Assembly: GCA_032718475.1 (NCBI GenBank)
Contig: JAUCBJ010008647.1
Coordinates: forward strand, 1 to 64,000
DNA: 64,000 nucleotides
DNA from: Nemertoderma westbladi
Taxonomy: Eukaryota > Animalia > Xenacoelomorpha
Direction of reading: 5' to 3'
Positions 51,284 to 60,192 of this stretch are shown piece after piece. Both the position numbers and the translations under genes were made by a program. The notes beneath the pieces are model-generated. The model saw nothing but the letters and a program-made list of their open reading frames with translations, did no database searches and was not told where the DNA came from. How positions within the stretch are numbered: the first letter of the stretch is position 1; each line of letters opens with the position of its first letter.

Positions 51284-51296
51284 TGGGGGGGGGGAG
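51284..51296 (+). other. Polypurine tract
   Basis: G-run plus AG directly before the TG of the 3' LTR. Confidence 0.85.
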
Positions 51297-51873
51297 TGTG
51301 AGCGTATTAAATTCCGCCTCACCAACCCCCATAAAGTGGGCCAGCGAGACCCTTAAGCAATATTGGGAGCACGAGGTTGATTACCAATAAACCTTGTATC
51401 ACCCCAATAAGTGGGGCAACAATAGGCCCCAAGAGGACACACACACAATGGGGGTCAGAGGTTACACCTCCGGGAGGGAGAGAGAGACAGCAGCGGGGGG
51501 AAGTACACCCAGGGAGATGGGAAGGTGACAAGTGAGTTATTAGCCAATGGGGGGAAGGCATCGGCTGATTAGTGTAATGCGGCCAACCGGTGCAATATAT
51601 TACCATGTCGGTGTATCATTCATTCACTTGTAGTAAGTCAGTTAGTTAGGACGGTACCGGAACTCTAATTACCGTCACCGTCATTCCTGTCATCTGCCAA
51701 TAGTACATATATCATTTACCAGTACACTTATATTATAACAACCATTATCATATACTATTATACCTTTGGAACTATATACACCGATCAATAACTCTTTCTA
51801 CCTTTCACACACACGGCGGGGACGCGTAGATTAGAAACCGGATAAACCGGGATCCTCCGTGGATCCCGTCACA
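51297..51873 (+). repeat. 3' LTR, 577 bp
   Basis: TGTGAG...GTCACA; about 5 differences from the 5' copy over 46564-46939. Confidence 0.95.
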
Positions 51874-52038
51874 ACAGTCACCTGTAATAATTAGTAAACA
51901 ATAACCTATAATTAGTAAACAATAACAGACAGAAAGACAGTCTCCTGTAATAATTAGTAAACAATAACAGACAGGACAGTCACCTGTAATAATTAGTAAA
52001 CAATAACAGACAGAAGGACAGTCACCTGTAATAATTAG
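51874..52038. repeat. 42-bp satellite, short block between two elements
   Basis: About 4 units. Confidence 0.95.
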
Positions 52039-52630
52039 TGTGACGGGATCTGCGGAGGATCCTGGTTTATCCGGTTTTTGGTTCCTAGTTTACGCGTCCC
52101 CACCGTGCGTGAAAGATATAAAGAGTTCTGGGTTGTTGATCAATCGATGTATATAAGTTCGGGATATAATATAATAGAGATAATAGCACAAATGGTTGAT
52201 GTATGATGTAATGTACCGGTAGGTGATATGTACTGGTGACGGGGGGCGGAGACGGTAACTAGACCTAACTGTAACTAACGGTACTGTCCTAACTAGCTGA
52301 CTTACTACAAGTGAATGAAATATTGCATGGACCGGTAATATATTGCACAGTTGGCCATATTGCTCTACCCAGTCGATGCTTCCCCCCAATTGGCTAATAT
52401 CCTAATTGTCGCCCCTTTACCTTCCCTGGAGTGTTTCCCGTTACTCCTGTTATTCCCTCTCTCTCTCAGGGGTGTAACCTCTGACCCCTTTGTGCGTATG
52501 TCCTCCGGGGTTTCCTTGTCCCCACTTTATTGGGGTGGTACGAGGTTGATATTGGATATCAACCTCGTGTTCCCAATATTGCTTAAAGCTCACTTTATGG
52601 GGCTGGTTAGTGGAATTGAATACGCTAACA
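52039..52630 (-). repeat. 3' LTR, 592 bp
   Basis: Minus strand reads TGTTAGCGTATTCAATTCC...CCCGTCACA; preceded by GGGGGGGAG. Confidence 0.93.
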
Positions 52631-53337
52631 CTCCCCCCCATGCTATCTTCCCGGTAAGAAGATAGCATCCACCTCTAGTGCGCTACAATTCCACTGGATC
52701 TCGACCTAGTATCGAGTGTGGGATGGAACTATTTTTATTTTTTTCAGAGCCAGTTTTCCAGACCGCCCCCTATGGGTATGATATTGCTACCCTGTCTACC
52801 TGGCGTCCCGTGTTGGGCCGATCATGCGCTCCTTTCACACGACTTTTGTTTCCCCAACACTTTCGCCACTCTAACTCCACTCTATTCTCACCCTGACTCT
52901 CGCTACTTCTCCTCACCTCCGCTCTAACTTTCGGACTTCCCTGTCCCTCACTCGCCCTCTTGTTCCTCCCCCCCCACACTTGAGTCGCACTTGCACTCTC
53001 TCCGCACTTCGCACTATCGCTCCATCGCTCGACCCCTCCTTGGCTAACTCACTCATCTCTGACGAGTCCCATCCCCCTCTCCTGTGCCGTCGCACTCAGG
53101 AAATGTGAAGTCGTCTAGTGTCTCGTTCGTCATAGTCAGTCATCCCCCGGTCCAGTAGCTAATTGGAAAAAGGTTGAGTGACTATAGTACTTACTTCAAT
53201 TATATTTTGCTAAACTAATAATGATTACTACGTACGTACCTACTAATTGCACTTTTCAATTGTTTAAATTACTTAAATTTATACTTAGGAGTTCGCACGT
53301 CTCGCGTGGTGCCTTCCAGGCATATTACTCCGAAGTC

Positions 53338-55511
53338 CTAGTTCGTTCCACCAGCCTTTGGGAACCACCTCAAGTCTTTCCCTTTGTCTTCCCCCTCCCT
53401 GGGTCGTTTCCTGGTCACTGCCGCTCCTCTGGTCTTGTCTGCTTTCTGGCTTCTGACTCTCGCCGCCACCTCCTTGCTGATCCCGGTCGTCGACTCCTTG
53501 GGTGCCGGTGTTATTAGCTCCCGGTATCGCTTCGCGGGTGGCCCCTCCGAGTGGCCCTGTTGTCTCCCCCTGATGGCGTCCCATAGGATCATCTTCATTG
53601 CCCGCGGCACATGCTCCGCCAAGAAATCCCTAAACTCTCCTCTACTCTGTGGCGTCCACCTATACAAATACCTCTGCGTATTTATCACTCCGGCATATGA
53701 TGCCGCCGTCGCCACTTTCTGGTAGGTAAACGGAAGCCTCCGTTTGATAATCTCCATGTGAGCCTCCTGATTGATGTTAAAGAAGCCCCACCGGAACTCC
53801 TGGGCCTTCATACGTTGCCGAGTCATCGCCCCGACGTCGGCCCATTCCTCGAAGATCCTAAACTTCTCTTCGTCGTCCATCCAGTCGCACTGGCGTCCGT
53901 AATGTCCCCGAAAGTTACACTTCGAACATCGGTTATGCAACCGTGGTCACGCCCCCATCCTGTGGCTCGACTCACGGCAATAGAGACAACTAGTCCCTTT
54001 CTGGACCCGGTACAAACAGCTCCTTTCCTGATGGGTCTGTCTCCCACAGTAATCACAGCTGAGCACCAATGTCTCCCGCCCTACGTCGTCTTTCGTCCCA
54101 AGCGATCTCCGTGGTCTGTGGAGTCGCTGATAAGCAAACTTCCGGACGTTAGCGTCCCTATCTACGTCGATCTCCTCGCCCCTCTCGGGCATCGTCTCCC
54201 CGAATACTACCCTAGAGACTCCCCCGAACTCCCTGATGAAGTCCAACGAAGTTCGTCCAAGCCCGCTTGTTCCTCGAAGCCGTAGCTCTGTGCCCTAGCT
54301 TCCTCCTCCCTTTCTTCTGCTTCTCTCCTTTCCCGTCTGGCGACTTCTTCCAGTCGCTTCGCCTCTCGCCTATCCGTCTCTAGCTGCTCCCATCTCTGAC
54401 ACGGCGTATCCACCTCCCCGTCTACCAGATGTCGGCTGTTATAGTACACCGACTCGCCCTTCAGCCCCGGGTGGTCTACCAGACCCTCGAAAGCCGTCTT
54501 AAAGGCTCTTCTGTAGTTTAGGGGTGATCCCGATAATAGGAATGCCGTTGGTTCCCTCTCAATAATCACGGTCATGAATAGGTTAAGCAAACCTATCATT
54601 ATCCAGTCCTCCTGTAGGATATATCGCTTCTGATATACCTTTATAGCTCCTCTCCGGAATTGATACACCTCTTGTCTCCCTGGCCTCGCTCCCCACTTCA
54701 GTGAGTTCGCCAAGTCTGCTCCGTACTCCTCTCTGAACTTGCCCCAGTCCATCAGTTTGTGACACATGAGCCCCATTAACTGGCCCATCGCCACTGCCCC
54801 GCAATGTCCTGTGGTCTCTATTAGTCCCAATCCGTCCGGCGCTGTCATAGCCATGTACACCGTCTGCGTATCCAGAAGGTTGGGGGTGTCCGGACCGATG
54901 ATCCTCTCCGCGTCGTCGCGAATCGCCGATCCCACTTTTGTCCTCGACTTCTCTCTCACTAGTACTTGCACTGCCTTCGGCAGCCGGTTTAACTTCGGCC
55001 CATCCTTCTTTCCATACGTTCCTAGATCGAATAGGAATATGTCCCCATTTGGCACAGCCAAATGTAGGAGTATGGTTCTGGCTGACGCCGCCGATCCTCT
55101 CCTCGAACCCTCCTCGTCTTCCATGGTCCCCTCATCGTCCAGGACCATATACCCTTCTCTGCTGACGGACTCTACGAACCTCTTCCAATCCTTCCTCGGT
55201 GGATCCCTTGCGTACTTCGGAATCCCGAACTTCGCTTCGTCTCCTTTTATCACGTAGTGGAAATGCTCGAAGATCGCGTTGTCCAGCGACAGCGTCCCGT
55301 AGGTCCCGACCAGCCACTGTTCGTGCACCTCCCTGAAATGGTCCTGTAGCGCTCGCGCTGCGTGACCCCTCTCTAACCGTTCGTAGTATCCCCTCGTTCT
55401 CTCTTCCGGATGCCTCTTGGTGAAATCCACCAGTATCTCCTTTCCTCCTAGCTCCGCCTTTCTCTTTCGCACAAGTTTGCTTGCCATCTCGAACTTTACC
55501 CGATCGCTCAC
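53338..55511 (-). pseudogene. Accessory ORF: DEDDy (RNase D/WRN/EXD-like) 3'-5' exonuclease plus three CCHC zinc knuckles; one frameshift and one stop
   Basis: ExoI-like YMVLDDEG, LLHLAVPNGDIFLFDL, LPKAVQVLVREKSRTKVGSAIRDD (ExoII-like), LLDTQ, ExoIII-like YQKRYILQED; CDYCGRQTHQERSC, CLYCRESSHRMGA*, CSKCNFRGHYGRQC. Confidence 0.72.
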
Positions 55512-55979
55512 CCGTTGGGTGGTGCCTTACCAAGGCGCAGTAGGGTGAGTGATAGGTTAAGGTGGTTTATCTCAGTTCGATGGCCTATCTCCCTCTGGAT
55601 TACTAAGTTAATTAGCCTATTTCCACTGCTTGATTTCTGTAGCTACCAAATTGTACCTAAATTGTGAATTTTGTCAGTTACTTTTATTATGTTCCAGAAT
55701 TTTCTTGCTGCTGTTACCATAATTTGTCAATTTCTTAGCTCTATCCTATTTTGGTATTTTTAATCTAATTCAATCCTACCATTGTGCTGTTACTTACTAT
55801 TGCCTATGGATTATTCTATTTCATAATCCACATTCTGGCCTACTCTGTGGGCTTGTGCAGTACAACAGTATGCGTCGCGCGGCCTACACGATTTATCCAG
55901 CTGTACTCATATGCCCCCTCTCGCTACTAACTACTAACTAATGTCTATACTATATATATATATCCCTCTACCTCTTACT

Positions 55980-56500
55980 CTTACAAACCGGTACTACGTA
56001 CCCTCTTACTAACTTCTAACTCTCTCTAACTAACTAACTAATCGGTACTGCGTACCCTCTTACTAACCTCTAACTCCACTAACTAACTAATCGGTACTAC
56101 GTACCCTCTTACTAACCTCTAACTCCCTTAACTAACTAACGGTACTACGTACCCTCTTACCAACCTCTTACTTTCTCCAACTAACTAACGGTACTATGTA
56201 CCCTCTTACCAACCTCTAACTCTCTCCAACTAACTAACGGTACTATGTACCCTCTTACCAACCTCTAACTCTCTCCAACTAACTAATGGTACTACGTACC
56301 CTCTTACTAAACTCCAACTTCTGCCTACTGATGGTACTACGTACCCTCTTACTAACTAACTTCTGCCTACTGATGGTACTACGTACCCTCTTACTAACTA
56401 ACTTCTGCCTACTGACGGTACTACGTACCTTCTTACTAACTAACTTCTGCCTACTGACGGTACTACGTACCCTCTTACTAACTAACTTCTATCTACTGAC
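55980..56500. repeat. Tandem repeats of about 42-50 bp between pol and the accessory ORF
   Basis: About 11 copies of GGTACTACGTACCCTCTTAC(T/C)AAC... Confidence 0.85.
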
Positions 56501-56625
56501 TTTCGCTTCTTATTATTTTTTATTTTATTTTTATTTTTATTGTGTAGGAAGGGCGTCTCGCCCTCAATCCCACCCCCCTCAGTCCAAAACTTGGACGACT
56601 AAACTACACTAAAAACCACACTAGT

Positions 56626-59600
56626 TCAAGGTGCCCCCTCTAGTAGACAGCATTTTCCTACAGCCCTCCTGTAGGTCTTTCTGTCTTTTGCACCTATCTT
56701 TCCACCTATTCGCACTTCTACCGATCGGACTCTTCCATCCTCATCGGAGTAAGTGCCCACAACTCTCGCCAACCGCCATTGGTTGTTGATGATGGTATCA
56801 TCCGTGACGATCACCAGATCACCCTCCTTTAGCTCTCTGTTCGTGTTCCTCCACTTACTTCTTCTGTGTAATGTGGGCAGATATTCCTCGACCCACCTCC
56901 TCCAGTATTCTGCGCTTATCGCCTTAGCGACTTTCCAACTCTGGCGGGAGTGTATGTCGTCTGGGTCTACACCCCGCATGTCGACTGTCGCCGGCCTCTC
57001 CATTAGAAAGTGACTGGGCGTCAGCACGTCTAATGACTCAGGGTCATCATTCTCTGGATATAGCGGTCTGCTATTAATGATACCCTCACACTTTGCCAGT
57101 ACTGTCCTTAGTACGTCCTCTGTAACCATGTGGGTGTTCATCAGCTTCGTCATCAGACGTTTCGAACTACCCAATAATCTCTCGACGCATCCTAGGGTAT
57201 GCGGAGCATACGGCGTCCTCCTCTCCCACTTTACTTGTCGCCTTCTCATGGCCGCCCTGACTTCCTCCCCTTCCAGGATATCCAAGGCCTCCGCCATCTC
57301 GTTCTCCGCCCCCACAAAGTTGGTCCCGCTGTCAGAATACAGTACTGCGATTGTCCCACCTTTGCGGTCTCTAAATCTTTCTAAAGCATTAATGAATGCT
57401 GATGCGGTTGCATCTTGGGCGAGTTCTATTCCTACCGCCCGCGTGTTGTTACATACGAAGATGATACCATAGCGTTTCTCCGTGTGCCGCATCACCTTAA
57501 TCTTTATCGGCCCGAACATATCCACACTGCAATGCGTAAATGGCGGGTCGTGCTGTCTTACTCTACTGGCCGGTAGTGGCGCCATTTCCTGTATGGCCCG
57601 TTCCTTCTTCTCCCGTCGGCAGCTCTGGCACTGCCCCACTACCGCCTTTACCTTCTTCCTCAACTGTTTGACCCAAAAGGTCCTTCTTATCTCCGTGAGG
57701 GTTCGGTTGGTGCCCCCGTGCAATATCGATTTGTGGGAGTCCCAGATAATCTGGTGGACTATCGGCGATCCTGTGGGAATGATGATGGGCTTCGGTGGTA
57801 CGACGATACTGTTGTTGTATCCCACCCTAGAGTTCATTACTAGGATCCCGTCGTCATTAAGTTGTGGTGACAGCGTGATCAGCTCGCTGTCCCGCCGGAG
57901 ATGCTGTTGCTTACCAACGCGTTCCACCTCGTCGCCATAGTTCTTCCTCTGCTCGTAGTGGATGACTGCTTTGGCCGCTCCTTCCAGGTCTATTGTCGTT
58001 CTAATCTTCACGTCTTTACCAACTCCCCTGAGGAAATTCCCGAAGGCTCTCCAGTATGCCACTAACTTCTTGGTCTTGTACCAACTAGAACTGTAGCTAA
58101 GGAGTTTATCCGTCGGGTTATCGCACAGTTCTCCTGGTTTTGGTTGCACGTCCCTTATCTCCCTCACCATCTGGGAGTATATCTCCTCTCCCTCTGAATC
58201 TCCCTCTTCTCCTTCTGACACTACTTCTCCTGAGCCCGGGTCCACCTTTCTCATCGGCGGCCAGGCCTCCCTATCGCTCAGAAACTGTGGCCCGTGTTGC
58301 CACAATACTTCCTTCTTCAAGAAAGTGTGGCGTACCACGCCCCTCGATAACAATTCCGCTGGGATCTCGTCCGTTGGGCAGTAGTGCCACCTTTCCAGTT
58401 TTGTGGTCGCCCTTATTTCGTCCACTCTATTCGCGACGAATATAGGGTATCTCGTCCTTTCGTTGTGTAGCCAACCGAGCACTACCATGGAATCCGTCCA
58501 GTAGTGTGTTTCCACTATGTTGGGAATAGCGTCCACTAAGTAGGGTATGGCCCTAACTCCTAATCTCGCAGCTGTCAACTCGAGTTTCGGAACTGATGCT
58601 GAGTCTGGTGGCGTCGACTTCGCTTTACTGAATGCGAGTCTGGGCTTGTGAGCCCCCTCTCGTTGTACTAAGTAGAGTGCCGCTCCATATGCCTCTAATG
58701 ACGCATCGGAGAACATATGTAGATCCAGATTCGTCTCCCCATCCGGGAAATATACACGCGGCATGCTGTATGTTCCCATCTGCTCTAAACTCTCTGTCCA
58801 CTTGTTCCACTGCTTACTAATCTCTTCTGGGACCTCTGCGTCCCACTCGTCCTTTAATTTGTATACTCTCTTGAGTATCTGTTTCCCCGTGACTAGTAAT
58901 GGGGATGCTAGGCCTAGGGGATCGTATATCCTCGCTATATATGACACATAGCCCCTCTTTGTGTGGATACCTGCTCCCTCCTGACTCAATTGGTATTTTA
59001 ACTCATCTGTCTCTCTGTTCCACACGATTCCCAGTGCCTTCTGTTGAGACTCTATCCTCTTGTTCGCCATGTCCTGCCCCTTGGCTGTTGTGGGATTATC
59101 CATGGTCGATCCTGGTCTCTCGTCTTTTATTGCCTCGATAAATTCCTTCGAACTGGATTGGAATTTGGTTAGGTTGAAGCTGGATCCTTTAAGGATGTCG
59201 CGAACCTCGCGCCCTGTGTCCAGTAGCTCCTTAACCGTATTTCCAGACTCCATCCCGTTGTCTACGTAGAAGCCGCGTCGAATCATATCGACGGCTTTGG
59301 CGCTGAACTTATCTTCCTTCCCTGCTACCGTATCTCTTACGGCCATAGTCGTTGTAAACGAAGACGACTTGGCTCCCATATTCTGTAATACCATCTTATA
59401 CATTGGTATGGTCGACGGTTCCTCATCGCCGTCGTACCATAGGAAGCGTTGGCTGTCGCTATCCTCTCCCGTTACACGGACTTGGTTGAACATGCCTTCA
59501 ATGTCGCAGGTGAAAGCGTGTTTGCCATTCCTGAATCTGAGTAGGACCTCGATCCCTGAGTTGTAGATGTTGGGACCCTCCAGCAGATAATCGTTTAGGC

Positions 59601-60189
59601 ATTTCCCGTTGGTCTTGGCTGATGCGTCAACTGCCATCCGCAGTTTACCTTTCTTCGGGTCTATAGCCACGTGGAGTGGCAGGTAATAGGTCCTGTCCGT
59701 GTTTGGCTCGTCGACCGGTAACTCCACGGCCCATCCTTTCTCGACATACTTTCTAATTGTCTTCTGGATGTACTCATTCTTCTCGGGGCTCCGTTTTAAC
59801 GTCTGCTTTAACTTGCGAAGCCTCGTAAGTACCATCCCTTTGTTGTCGGGTAACGGTAGCTTTGGTAGCTTCCATACCATCCCTATGGTATACCGCCCCT
59901 CATCGCATGTCATCGATTCCTTTACACTTTGTAAAGCCTGCTTGTCTTCTACCGAGGTTCCGACCCCGGTCTCCTTTAATCCCTCAAAATCCTGCCTGAG
60001 CAGTCTCCTGAGTTGCTCCCCTGCTCCCTCATCCTCCATCTCTCGCATAGTTCCCGCGAACATGCATCCTGATGTCTCCGACATCCTAAATGGTATCTTA
60101 CTCTTGATTGGGCCACTCAGTGTCCACCCGAATGGTGTCAATATCGCCACCGGGTCACATTGCCTGTCTTCGCCGAAGACCGTTTGCAT
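56626..60189 (-). CDS. pol: BEL/Pao Pol: RT, RNase H, integrase (1187 aa open, but cut off from Gag by a stop and an 80-bp duplication)
   Basis: CDIEGMFNQV, FYVDNG, HMFSDAS, VPKLELTAA, WTDS, H...H...CQSC, SVDMFGP, YSDSGTNFVG, GCVERL, LTPSHFL. Confidence 0.95.
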   Translation of the reverse strand: MQTVFGEDRQCDPVAILTPFGWTLSGPIKSKIPFRMSETSGCMFAGTMREMEDEGAGEQLRRLLRQDFEGLKETGVGTSVEDKQALQSVKESMTCDEGRYTIGMVWKLPKLPLPDNKGMVLTRLRKLKQTLKRSPEKNEYIQKTIRKYVEKGWAVELPVDEPNTDRTYYLPLHVAIDPKKGKLRMAVDASAKTNGKCLNDYLLEGPNIYNSGIEVLLRFRNGKHAFTCDIEGMFNQVRVTGEDSDSQRFLWYDGDEEPSTIPMYKMVLQNMGAKSSSFTTTMAVRDTVAGKEDKFSAKAVDMIRRGFYVDNGMESGNTVKELLDTGREVRDILKGSSFNLTKFQSSSKEFIEAIKDERPGSTMDNPTTAKGQDMANKRIESQQKALGIVWNRETDELKYQLSQEGAGIHTKRGYVSYIARIYDPLGLASPLLVTGKQILKRVYKLKDEWDAEVPEEISKQWNKWTESLEQMGTYSMPRVYFPDGETNLDLHMFSDASLEAYGAALYLVQREGAHKPRLAFSKAKSTPPDSASVPKLELTAARLGVRAIPYLVDAIPNIVETHYWTDSMVVLGWLHNERTRYPIFVANRVDEIRATTKLERWHYCPTDEIPAELLSRGVVRHTFLKKEVLWQHGPQFLSDREAWPPMRKVDPGSGEVVSEGEEGDSEGEEIYSQMVREIRDVQPKPGELCDNPTDKLLSYSSSWYKTKKLVAYWRAFGNFLRGVGKDVKIRTTIDLEGAAKAVIHYEQRKNYGDEVERVGKQQHLRRDSELITLSPQLNDDGILVMNSRVGYNNSIVVPPKPIIIPTGSPIVHQIIWDSHKSILHGGTNRTLTEIRRTFWVKQLRKKVKAVVGQCQSCRREKKERAIQEMAPLPASRVRQHDPPFTHCSVDMFGPIKIKVMRHTEKRYGIIFVCNNTRAVGIELAQDATASAFINALERFRDRKGGTIAVLYSDSGTNFVGAENEMAEALDILEGEEVRAAMRRRQVKWERRTPYAPHTLGCVERLLGSSKRLMTKLMNTHMVTEDVLRTVLAKCEGIINSRPLYPENDDPESLDVLTPSHFLMERPATVDMRGVDPDDIHSRQSWKVAKAISAEYWRRWVEEYLPTLHRRSKWRNTNRELKEGDLVIVTDDTIINNQWRLARVVGTYSDEDGRVRSVEVRIGGKIGAKDRKTYRRAVGKCCLLEGAP

Positions 60190-60192
60190 TCT

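Larger units (their letters stand above)
46564..51873 (+). mobile_element. Family A non-autonomous BEL element with both ends, 5-bp TSD and rearranged 5' LTR
   Basis: TSD ACAGT at 46559-46563 and 51874-51878; 3' LTR 51297-51873; PPT; gag-protease retained; RT, RNase H and integrase absent. Confidence 0.93.

Noticed and set aside
53947-53949. TGA at a zinc-knuckle Cys position as selenocysteine or readthrough
   Set aside because: One substitution from TGC/TGT in an element with other lesions; no SECIS identified.
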